From NCBI GenBank assembly GCA_965242925.1, contig CBDEUM010000014.1:128001-192000 (forward strand): a stretch of DNA of 64,000 bases, written 5' to 3'. The notes under the pieces are model-generated. The model ran no database searches and was not told where the DNA came from. It was given only the letters and a program-made list of their open reading frames with translations. Positions 20,467 through 29,800 of this stretch are shown here, one piece after another. This DNA comes from Roseibacillus sp. GTDB taxonomy: Bacteria > Verrucomicrobiota > Verrucomicrobiia > Verrucomicrobiales > Akkermansiaceae. Both the position numbers and the translations under genes were made by a program. Position 1 is the stretch's first letter; each line of letters opens with the position of its first letter.

Positions 20467-22020
20467 ATGCTGGCCTCCGGTCTTCCGCGAACCCTCGTCC
20501 TGCTCTTCAGCCTTTCGATTGTCTCCTCCCTCAACTGCCATGCGGAGCGAGCCCTCTCGGTCGCCGCAGTATTCGGTGATCATGCGGTCCTCCAGCGGGG
20601 CGTGCAGGTCCCCATCTGGGGCACGGCAAATACGGGAAGTCAGATTGAAGTCGACTTTGCGGGCCAGCAGCAAACAGCGGTGGCGGACAAGGGAGGACAT
20701 TGGACGGCCTGGCTGGAAGCAATGAAAGAGAGCGCCAGGGGACGGGATCTGGTGGTTCGTTGCGCAGAGCACTCCCTCACCTTCAAGAACGTGGTGGTGG
20801 GCGAAGTCTGGTTGGCGAGCGGACAATCAAACATGCAGTTCTCCCTCAGGGCCTGCGCCCGCCGACTCAAGAACGTGCAGGTGGCCATGGAGGAACAGAC
20901 CCGTCACAACATCCGCCTGTTGCGCATCGGACCGCCCGACAGCTACCAATTCAGGGAGCTCGACCGCATGAATGTCCGCTGGCAGACCGACTCGCCCACC
21001 ACCCGACCCAACCAGTCCGCTGTGGCCTTCTTTTTCGCGCGGAAGCTGGCCCGGGATCTCGCTGTGCCCATCGGAGTGATCGAGTCCTCGTGGGGGGGAA
21101 AGCCCATTGAGGGATTCATCCCGGAAGAGGAATTCGCAAGCGATGCCGCCTTACGACCGATCGCCGCCCTGGCCCGCGAGAACAGACTGGAAGAACTCAA
21201 GCAACTGAAAGGCGGAGTCATAATCCGCAACACCGCGGGGATGCCCGGGCGCATCTTCAACAGCCGAATTGCTCCGGTCGCGCCCTATGCAGTGGCAGGC
21301 GCCATCTGGTATCAGGGCGAGTCAAACGCCGGAACGGGCGAGGACCCGCGTAACTACCGGATCAAGATGGAGGCCCTTATCAGGGGCTGGCGTAAGACCT
21401 TCAAACAACCACGGATGCCCTTCTACTTCGTCCAACTCCCCGCCTTCCGGGATGAGTCCTTCGGCTGGGTCCGGCTGCGCGAGGAACAGCGCCTCAGCCT
21501 CACCGTTCCGCACACCGGCATGGCGGTGACCATCGACCTTCGCGACACCGACATTCATCCTGCCAACAAGATCGATGTGGGCGAGCGACTGGCCCACTGG
21601 CCGCTGGCCAGACAATATGGGAAGCGGGAGATCGTTCCCGGAGGCCCTCTCTTCAAGTCGGCCCGGATTGACGGCACGACCGTGCGAGTGAGCTTTGACC
21701 ACCTGGGGGGCGGTCTCATGATCGCGCGGAAGGAGGGGTTGACCCCGCCCAGGGAGACGCCCGCCACCGCCCTCGAACACTTCGAAATCGCGGCAGCAGA
21801 CGGCACCTGGCATCCCGCCCAGGCCGAGATCGAGAGTCAGGAAGTGGTGATCCGTGCGAATGCAGTGCCCAAACCGGTGGCAGTTCGTTACGCCTGCCGC
21901 GGAGCGCCGGCAAATCCCAACCTCTACAATCGCGCCGGACTCCCAGCCTCTCCCTTCTGCTCCCGCCTCGAGTTCCTTCCCTGGGCTCCCCCCGGGAAGA
22001 ACTCCAGCCCGGAAAAATAA
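20467..22020 (+). CDS. Sialate O-acetylesterase (SASA/DUF303) family
   Basis: Signal peptide, FGDHAVLQR, VGEVWLASGQSNM, WGGKPIE, IWYQGESN, FYFVQLP, DIHPANK, VAVRYA, NLYNRAGLPASPF. Confidence 0.93.
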   Translation: MLASGLPRTLVLLFSLSIVSSLNCHAERALSVAAVFGDHAVLQRGVQVPIWGTANTGSQIEVDFAGQQQTAVADKGGHWTAWLEAMKESARGRDLVVRCAEHSLTFKNVVVGEVWLASGQSNMQFSLRACARRLKNVQVAMEEQTRHNIRLLRIGPPDSYQFRELDRMNVRWQTDSPTTRPNQSAVAFFFARKLARDLAVPIGVIESSWGGKPIEGFIPEEEFASDAALRPIAALARENRLEELKQLKGGVIIRNTAGMPGRIFNSRIAPVAPYAVAGAIWYQGESNAGTGEDPRNYRIKMEALIRGWRKTFKQPRMPFYFVQLPAFRDESFGWVRLREEQRLSLTVPHTGMAVTIDLRDTDIHPANKIDVGERLAHWPLARQYGKREIVPGGPLFKSARIDGTTVRVSFDHLGGGLMIARKEGLTPPRETPATALEHFEIAAADGTWHPAQAEIESQEVVIRANAVPKPVAVRYACRGAPANPNLYNRAGLPASPFCSRLEFLPWAPPGKNSSPEK

Positions 22021-22026
22021 TTCATC

Positions 22027-22320
22027 ATGAAAATCGGCCTCCTCGACACCCTGATCTTCATCGCTTTCATCGCACGGGTGATCGCGGTCTCGGTCTACGC
22101 CTCCCGGCGGGAATGAACCGACCAAGACTACTTTCTCTCAGGCCGCAACCTGAAGCGGTGGATCATCGGGATCTCGCTCATCGCGTCCTGCCTTTCCACC
22201 GAACAGCTGGCGGGCATGAACGGGCAGGCCTCTGGCGGGGTGGGCCTGGCAGTCGCCGCGTGGACCTTGCTCGCCCCAGTCACGGTGGGAGTGATCGCAG
22301 TGACAATGGTCTACCGGTAA
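22027..22320 (+). pseudogene. Truncated sodium:solute (SGLT-like) symporter remnant
   Basis: MKIGLLDTLIFIAFIARVIAVSVYASRRE*TDQDYFLSGRNLKRWIIGISLIASCLSTEQLAGMNG...VYR*. This is an SSS N-terminus with an in-frame TGA at 22114-22116, ending at codon 98. Confidence 0.85.
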
Positions 22321-22338
22321 AGCCGGTTCATTCCCCTC

Positions 22339-23784
22339 CTACTGGGCCGTGCCGGGCAGGAAGCGGTAGTAAACTTCCAGCATCAGGGTCGTCAGGCAGG
22401 TCACGTAGTGCACATTACCCAGACCGTGACCTGTGTTGGCGGGAAGAGGCCAGGAACCGTCCTTGTTCTGGGCTGCCAGGGTTGCATCCCGGAAAAGCTC
22501 ATTGTAATCCTTCCAGAACTTGCCGCCGTAGTTGATCATGGCCTGAGACGCATAGTAATGACCGTAGAGGTCGGTGTCCTTGCCCTTCCAGTCGAACTTG
22601 ATGTTCTTGTTGATCACCTTGCAGGCCTTGCGGGGCACGGAGTGGGCTTCCTTGCCCCAGAGCTGGAAACAGAGCGCTCCGGCAGCAGAAAGAGTCGTGC
22701 CGTCACCTCGCGGGTTGGGACCGGTGTAGCCGATCGCTCCACTGGCGTGCTGGTTGCTGGCGAAGGCATCCAGGCCATCCCGTGCACACTTCGCCAAGTT
22801 GCGAAATTCGATCCCGGTATGCTTGCAGGCCTTGAGAGCCTGAAGGCACCATCCCATGACCGAGCTGTCATTACGACGGTCCTCCGTAAAGCGGTAAGTC
22901 CATCCTCCGGCGGCATTCTGACCATCGATAATGGTCTGCCCTCCCAGCTGCACGGCCTCATGGAGACCGGGCAGGTTCACTCCGAGCTGGCTGCAGAAGG
23001 TATAGGCTTCCGCAATGGCGTAGGTTGCGATCGCGTGTTCGTAAACCCACTGATTGGATTGCAGGTCACTTCCCATGCGGCCCTTGTTCTTCGTGCTCTG
23101 GTTCACCAGGTAAGTGATGGCATTGGTCACCGTTTCACCGTACTTTTCGGAGAGTGGGGTTTCGCAGTGCCCGAGATAGGCCAGGAGTGCCAGTCCGGTA
23201 TAAGCGACCTTGTAGCCGCCACCCCATGATCCGTCACCCGCCTGCGTGGTCTGCAACCAGTCGAGGGATTTTACCACCGCAGTCTCACATTCTTCACTTC
23301 CCCCGTTTTCCTTGAGGCGCTGCATGCGGTCCTGAGGCGAACAACGCTTCCGCATCACGGCTGGGATGTTGCCGAAGCCGCCCCCTCCGCCATCTCCACC
23401 GCTTCCCCAGCCCTGGCCGAAGTCATCCCCGCTACCAAAGTCCAGATTTGGTTCTGCTTCGGTTTCCGGAACCGGTACTGCAGTGGGAGAGGGGGTGGTG
23501 GATGCGATCACCTTGGCCATCGAGGAAGAGGGCGCGGACGGCTTGCGCTGTATCTGTGGATTCACCTCCTTCTGATCCATGGTGTCCTCCTCAGGCGCCC
23601 CAGCCTGATAGGTCACGATGGTCGGCGATTTGATAAAGAGATTCGGGAGGAGGATGAACAGAAGAATGAGGACCACGAGAGCGATCACCAGCAAGGCGAT
23701 CACAATGCTGGTGATGACGGAATTTCTCCGCTGCGCTTCGAGGCGGGCCTCTGCTTCAGGACTTAATTGGGCGTGCAGGCTCAT
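22339..23784 (-). CDS. Membrane-anchored prenyltransferase/squalene-cyclase-repeat (alpha/alpha barrel) protein
   Basis: Likely ATG 23784. TM helix, Pro/Gly-rich linker, QW-type repeats QAGDGSW, QNAAGGW, QNKDGSW, C-terminal LMLEVYYRFLP. No DxDD cyclase motif seen. Confidence 0.85.
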   Translation of the reverse strand: MSLHAQLSPEAEARLEAQRRNSVITSIVIALLVIALVVLILLFILLPNLFIKSPTIVTYQAGAPEEDTMDQKEVNPQIQRKPSAPSSSMAKVIASTTPSPTAVPVPETEAEPNLDFGSGDDFGQGWGSGGDGGGGGFGNIPAVMRKRCSPQDRMQRLKENGGSEECETAVVKSLDWLQTTQAGDGSWGGGYKVAYTGLALLAYLGHCETPLSEKYGETVTNAITYLVNQSTKNKGRMGSDLQSNQWVYEHAIATYAIAEAYTFCSQLGVNLPGLHEAVQLGGQTIIDGQNAAGGWTYRFTEDRRNDSSVMGWCLQALKACKHTGIEFRNLAKCARDGLDAFASNQHASGAIGYTGPNPRGDGTTLSAAGALCFQLWGKEAHSVPRKACKVINKNIKFDWKGKDTDLYGHYYASQAMINYGGKFWKDYNELFRDATLAAQNKDGSWPLPANTGHGLGNVHYVTCLTTLMLEVYYRFLPGTAQ

Positions 23785-24115
23785 ACCGGGTCGGATTGAG
23801 GGGATTTTATGGGTTGCTCGAACCCGTTCGAAAAGACAATTCCCTGATAGCTTACCCCTTCTGGATGGAAAATCCGCTCTAAAATCTCTGAAAATAAGGG
23901 AGCCCACCCCGCCAGACCCTACCCCGTTAGGAGGAGAGGACGAGGGAAACCCGGCTCTGCCGTCTTCCACGCAGGCCGCGCCAGCTCCCGGGCCTTCCTA
24001 CGGAATCACCCCTTCCAGGAGGCTTATTGACCTATCTCCGGACCCCACCCTGCCCCGATCACAGATCGGCAGAAGGTGTGTCACCCCGCCTGATCAGAGT
24101 CGCCCCAACCCCGGA

Positions 24116-24937
24116 TCACTCCGCACCAGGTTCCACATTGGGATCATCATCCGGATCGCGGGACCAGACGATGGAGGTGCCCGGTGCCTGGTCCTCCGGA
24201 GTGATGATTTCACCGGAGGCCTTGATCAGCTCGGGAACCCGGCGCACCTCGGTGTGACCGTCCACGAAGAGCAGCACGCCCTTCTGGTTATGGCGGGCGG
24301 CAAAGGCCCGCGGGTTGGCCTTGGGCGAGCCGTTGAACTTCCGCTGGGCCTTCGATTGCTTCTTGTCCTTGGGAAGTCCGCGTTCCAGGAAAATGACCGT
24401 GCTCACCGGTTGCTGAATGGAGGCCAGCGTCCCGGGATCCTTGTAGCCATCCGGCGCACGCCTCTGGAGTCGGCTGTTCATCCCGATCGCAAAGTAGGGA
24501 CGCTCCAGTTTCTTTTCACTCTTGAAGTAGGGAGCCCCTCCCAGGTAGGTCGGATAGCTGCCCTCGTAGAAGGTTCCCGGCGCATTATCCTCCCCCAGCT
24601 GTGCCACCGTCCGGTATCCCATCCGGTCGGGCAGAACATTATACCACGCCTCCTCAGCTTCCTCGCTCGCCGCTACGATCCAGTCCTCGTCGCCACCCGA
24701 AATGTTGGGAATGTCCGCATTCTCCAGAGGAAGACGCCCACCATGATCACTCGTATAATCCACGAAGGCCTGCCCCAGATCCTTGATCTTCTGGGTAGCA
24801 CGCGTGAGGTTTGCACTTTGAACCATGTTGGTGAAACCCTGAAAGGTGATCGACGCCAGGACGATCACGATCGCCACAGCCACGAGCAACTCAAGCAGAG
24901 TAAAGCCTGCCGCCTTTCGAGTGCACCTCCGGTTCAT
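24116..24937 (-). CDS. Type IV pilin-like protein (N-terminal methylation motif plus H-X9-DG domain)
   Basis: GFTLLELLVAVAIVIVLA prepilin motif; C-terminal RHNQKGVLLFVDGH. Confidence 0.92.
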   Translation of the reverse strand: MNRRCTRKAAGFTLLELLVAVAIVIVLASITFQGFTNMVQSANLTRATQKIKDLGQAFVDYTSDHGGRLPLENADIPNISGGDEDWIVAASEEAEEAWYNVLPDRMGYRTVAQLGEDNAPGTFYEGSYPTYLGGAPYFKSEKKLERPYFAIGMNSRLQRRAPDGYKDPGTLASIQQPVSTVIFLERGLPKDKKQSKAQRKFNGSPKANPRAFAARHNQKGVLLFVDGHTEVRRVPELIKASGEIITPEDQAPGTSIVWSRDPDDDPNVEPGAE

Positions 24938-24943
24938 GGGTTT

Positions 24944-25666
24944 CTAGCTGTCAAAGCTCCTCTGGGTCGATGTCAGGATCACGCGATTATTCCCTGAGGC
25001 AACCTGAAGCTTCTCCATAAAATCGGCTATTTTGGCCCCTGATTTCAAGAGAATTCCCCACCGAAGTTCCGTCATCATGCCCGCCTGGATCGATTCCACG
25101 CTGATAAGCTCCGTGGCATCAGCGAATTCCTCGAAAATTGGGCCAAACATCTGATCATACTGAATATCGTTATTCACGCGGATTCTGAGGTTGTGCGAGG
25201 CCCGTTTGGGGGCAAAAGCCTCCTTTTTCGAGAGGATGTAGACGGCAGCCACCATCACGATGGTAGTGGCCACGGCTGTTGGATAGAGGCGCGCGCCCAC
25301 CACCATGCCGGTCATCATGGAAAACAGAATGAAGGCCAGGTCCCGGGCCTGTCCAAGGTTGCGGCGGAACCGGATCATGGCAAAGGCCGCGAACATCCCG
25401 AAGCCGATCGCCGAGGCGTTCGGATGACTGCCGACCACCAGGATGAGAATGGTGGTCACGGTTCCCACGATCACAAGAGTGTGGACATAATCCTGCGAAT
25501 AGCGTGTCCCCCGGTAGGTCGCCTTATAGAGCGTTCCGATAATCAGGTTGAGCCCGAAGCTCACGCCAAGAGCGAAGACCACCTCGACAAACCCGGGGAT
25601 GACAAGATCGAATCCGAGTTTTTCCAGGATGTTTTCATAAACGTCGATAAAGGCCAGGGAGGTCAT
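24944..25666 (-). CDS. DUF4956 membrane protein
   Basis: Likely ATG 25666. Several TM helices, YSQDYVHTL, GMFAAFAMIRFRR..ARDLAF...GMVVG, soluble C-terminal domain; directly downstream of a VTC gene. Confidence 0.88.
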   Translation of the reverse strand: MTSLAFIDVYENILEKLGFDLVIPGFVEVVFALGVSFGLNLIIGTLYKATYRGTRYSQDYVHTLVIVGTVTTILILVVGSHPNASAIGFGMFAAFAMIRFRRNLGQARDLAFILFSMMTGMVVGARLYPTAVATTIVMVAAVYILSKKEAFAPKRASHNLRIRVNNDIQYDQMFGPIFEEFADATELISVESIQAGMMTELRWGILLKSGAKIADFMEKLQVASGNNRVILTSTQRSFDS

Positions 25667-25700
25667 GATTTTGGTAGGGATAGTTTTATAAGAAGACGAG

Positions 25701-26471
25701 TCATGCTGCCGACCCCCGCCGTGCCCGCGCCCCTTCAAGCTGGGCACCCAGAACGGGGTCATGTTTTTCAAGGGATGTGCAGTACTTGCTGAAACTCCGC
25801 CGGCTCAACCCGGTCTCCCCGGCCCGCTGCCGCAGCCAGTAGGGAACCGGCCCGATGGACTTGATCTCCATGATGGAGTCTCCCTCGGGAATGATGAACC
25901 TGCTGAAGTTCTGATCGTCCGGGAGGAGCTTGGGGAACTCAGGACGGCAGCGCAGAAGATTGTCGAACGTGATCCGCAGATGACCGTCCGGCGAACTGAA
26001 GGCATCCCGATCATAGCGAATCTGCATGGAGGGCGCATGTCCCGCTGACCGCATCCCGAGGACTTCGTCGATCACGATACGACCAGCGCGGCCCACCTCG
26101 CTGCGGAGCCCGCGCAAAACATCGTCATTCCCAAGGCCGAATTCCTGGGCGGCCTCAATCGACATGGGCAGGCGGCGCTTCACCCCCAGCCCCTGCAACT
26201 TGTGCTTCACTTCAAGGAATCCCGCAGGAGGAATCTTGGCTGTCTCCGAACCATAAATGCGCAGACGGATCTTGCGGCGACTCTTGAAGCGACGCTGCTT
26301 CTCCCAGTAGCAGTCGCGCTCTGCGGTGTCGTAATACTGCGAGAGAATTGGGTAGTTCCCCGAGTTCCCCGGATTTTGGTCCACAGCAAGACGCTGCGAG
26401 ATCTCATCTTTCCATTGATGATACTGCGCCGCGCTGATCAGAAATTTGTATTCGGTCCTGCTTATACTCAC
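25701..26471 (-). CDS. VTC-domain (polyphosphate polymerase-like, CYTH/TTM fold) protein
   Basis: RTEYKF, SQYYDT, RRKIRLRIY, FLEVKHK, KRR, YDRDAF, RITFD, MEIK, FSKYC. Confidence 0.92.
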   Translation of the reverse strand: MSISRTEYKFLISAAQYHQWKDEISQRLAVDQNPGNSGNYPILSQYYDTAERDCYWEKQRRFKSRRKIRLRIYGSETAKIPPAGFLEVKHKLQGLGVKRRLPMSIEAAQEFGLGNDDVLRGLRSEVGRAGRIVIDEVLGMRSAGHAPSMQIRYDRDAFSSPDGHLRITFDNLLRCRPEFPKLLPDDQNFSRFIIPEGDSIMEIKSIGPVPYWLRQRAGETGLSRRSFSKYCTSLEKHDPVLGAQLEGARARRGSAA

Positions 26472-26841
26472 TACTGCCCTGAAAGGCAGGGAAAAGGGTT
26501 TACGCTGCTCAAGGAGGATTCGTCACAAATTAAGTTTTAGCCAATAAGAGACAGGACGACAACTCCCGATTCTGCCGCCCATTGATCCGTAAATCCCCTG
26601 AATGAGTCACGGTCACTCCCCTCCCGCCTCTTGCAGCCCGGGCAGAAGCCGGCTTTCAATTATTCGGAATCAACTGAACCTGAAGCAACCTCGTCTGCTT
26701 GTCTGATGGATTCGAACACCTGCTAACCCTTCCGGGGGGCCTTCCGGACGCTCGCTCAGGCCTATCACCTTGTGCCTCTCTCAGAACATTTTATGCTCAA
26801 TCTACCACCCCCTCCTTCTGCAACGCATTCCCTCACAGCCC

Positions 26842-29800
26842 ATGTCCTCCCCCTTCCGTGCATGCTGGTTCCTTCCGGGCCTCCTCCTGCTGACTGCCTC
26901 CCCCTCCCTTCCAGCTGCCGACATCATCTGGATCACCGAAAACACGGACCAGAACAATCCCCCGTCACCCGACGACTCCGGTTGGACGGATCTGCTCACC
27001 AGTGCAGGCCACACCGTCAACCGGTTGACGGTGACCAGCCTCGACTCCGATCCCGACAGCCTCGACCGGATGAACGCTAGCGACCTCGTGATCGTCAGCC
27101 GGGATACGAACAGCGGCACCTATGCCAGCAACACCTCCGAGGTCACCGCGTGGAATGATATAGCCACACCCCTGATCCAGATGAGTGCCTACCTTGTGCG
27201 CTCCAACCGCTGGAAGTGGCTCAACAACACCGGCACTCCGATCGCCTCCGGTCCGGATCTCCAGATCCGGGATCCTGCTCATCCGATCTTCGCAGGGATC
27301 ACCCCGGACGACCGCAACCAGTTCGTTCTGCTCACGAACGGAACCGTGAATGTCACTAACCAGTCGAACGCCGGGAACGGAACGGTCCTTGCCACCGACC
27401 CGGGAACCGGAAATCTCTGGATCGCATTCTGGGAACCTGCCACGGAATTCTATGCCGGATCAGGTCAAACGCCAGCAGCTCCGCGGCTCTGGTTTGCCGG
27501 AGGGGAGAGCGCCAACAACCCCAAGGGTGGCGAGAACTTCTCCTCCGCGGGCGAAACGGTTTTCCTGAACGCCGTCAACTGGATGGCCGACGTAACTGTC
27601 GATCCGCCCACCGTGATTAACGGTAGCGGCCAGGAGATCTCCACCAGAACCGCCACTGTGACGGGAGAAGTGACTGACACCGGGGGCGCCCCTCCCAATG
27701 TGACGGTTTACTACGGCAACAACAACGGAGGCACCGATCCGGACGCCTGGAATGCCGGTATCGAAGCTGGCGTCCAGGCGGGAATCTTCTCCACCGCCCT
27801 GACCGGACTCACCCCGGGCACCACCTACTACTACCGCTCCTTTGCAAGCAATTCCGGCGGAGACGACTGGGCCGATTCAAGCACCTCATTTACCACCCTC
27901 ACCCCGCCCACCCCCCCGACGGTGGTCAACTCCCCCGCCAGCAATGTGGGCTTCGCCTCCGCCGAGATCGGCGGGCAGGTCACCGCCACTGGCGGAGAAA
28001 ACCCCACCGTGCTCATCTACTGGGGCGACAACAACGGCGGCACCACCCCGGAATCGTGGGACCAGTTCAACGACCTCTCCACTCAGGATGGGGCCTTCGT
28101 GGACGCCCTTGCCAACCTCACCGACGGGGTCACCTACTACTTCCGCTGCTTCGCCTCCAACTCGGGTGGCTCCGCCTGGGCGGCTTCCACCGGGAGCTTC
28201 ACCACCCTGACCTTCGGTCTCGCCTCCCTCACCAACTCCGCCGCGACCAACGTCGCGGGCGTCTCAGCGCAAATCAATGGCACCGTCACCGCCACCGGTG
28301 GTGACAGCCCGGTGGTCGAGATCCACTACGGCACCACCAACGGAGGCACGAACCCGGGATCCTGGGACTCCTCCGTGACCATCGGCACCCAGTCGGGCTC
28401 CTTTTCCACCGCGCTCAACTCCCTCGCCGCCAGCACCACCTACTTCTTCACCGCTTCAGGAACCAACATCGCCGGACAAGGGTGGGCCACACCCTCGCTC
28501 AGCTTCACCACCCCTGAGATCTCCGACCTCGTCATCAACGAATTCATGGCATCCAACGGGGGCGGCACTCCGGCTCCGAACCAGGTGCCCGGCGCCACTG
28601 AGGACTGGATCGAGATTCACAACCGGGGTAACACCACCGTCAGCCTCGCCGGCTGGCACCTTACCGACAGCGCAGGGAACCTGAACAAGTGGACCTTTCC
28701 CCCGGGAATCACCCTAGCGATGGGCGATTTCCTGGTGGTCTTCGCCTCCGGCAACAACGCGCCGGACGCCAATGGCAACCTGCACACCAACTTCAGTTTG
28801 AGCGCAGGCGGCGAGTACGTCGCGCTGGTCCGCCCCTCGCTCACCGTGGCCAGCGAGTTCGGACCCAGCGCCATGAACTACCCCTCGCAGCAATCCGACA
28901 TCTCCTACGGACTCCATCCCAGCACCCTGGAGTCGGTCTACTTCCAGACCCCCACCCCCGACGCTCCCAACGATGCCGGCGGACAACTGCTGGTCGAGGA
29001 CACCCAGTTCAGCCACAAGCGCGGCTACTACACCTCGGCCATCAACCTCTCCCTCACCACCAACACCCCCGGTGCCACGATCCGCTACACCCTGGATGGG
29101 ACCGTGCCCACCCAATCCACCAACGGCAGCACCTACTCCAGAGCGATCCCGATCAACACCACCACCGTGCTGCGCGTGCGGGCCTTCAAGAGAGGCCTGC
29201 AGGAGACCAAGGTGGACACCCAGAGCTACATCTTTCCAAGCTCAGTGGGCACCCAAACCCGGCCTTCCGGTTACCCGACGAGGTGGGGAAGTGAGCCCAC
29301 CGCCGACTACAACGTGGACATTCAGATCACCCAGTCGCGCCAGTACCGTGCCCGCTTCCTGGAAGGGCTGCGGGACATTCCCACTCTCTCGGTCACCGGC
29401 GAGGAGGACGACTTCTTTGGTTCGAACGGGATCTACGTCGACACCCAGGACCGCAATATCGAAGCCGCCGTCTCCGCCGAATACTTCCATCCCGGCCCCG
29501 TGACCGACGGCGTCAACATCGAGAACGGGTTCCAGATCGACTGCGGATGCAAGCTGCAGGGCGGTGCCAGCCGCACTCCGAGCAAGGCGATCAAGCACTC
29601 CTTCAGCCTGCGCTTCCGCGACCTCTACGGGGCCGGGAAACTCAACTACCCGGTCTTCGATGGGACCACTGTCACTACTTTCGACAGCATCCACCTGCGA
29701 GCCATGTACAACAACTCGTGGATCCACAGCAACAGCGGCCAGCGCGCCCGTGCCACCATGATCCGCGACCAGTGGGCACGTGACTGCATGATCGACATGG

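Noticed and set aside
22114..22116. In-frame TGA as selenocysteine or a recoded codon
   Set aside because: Non-catalytic loop position, the gene is truncated anyway, and TGA is a normal stop for many genes in the window.
22339..23784. Squalene-hopene cyclase call
   Set aside because: Single barrel with a TM anchor and no DxDD motif; only the repeat fold is supported.
26472..26841. Possible Pho box or riboswitch between the VTC and CotH genes
   Set aside because: Only isolated GTCAC half-sites without 11-bp periodicity; no recognisable RNA motif.
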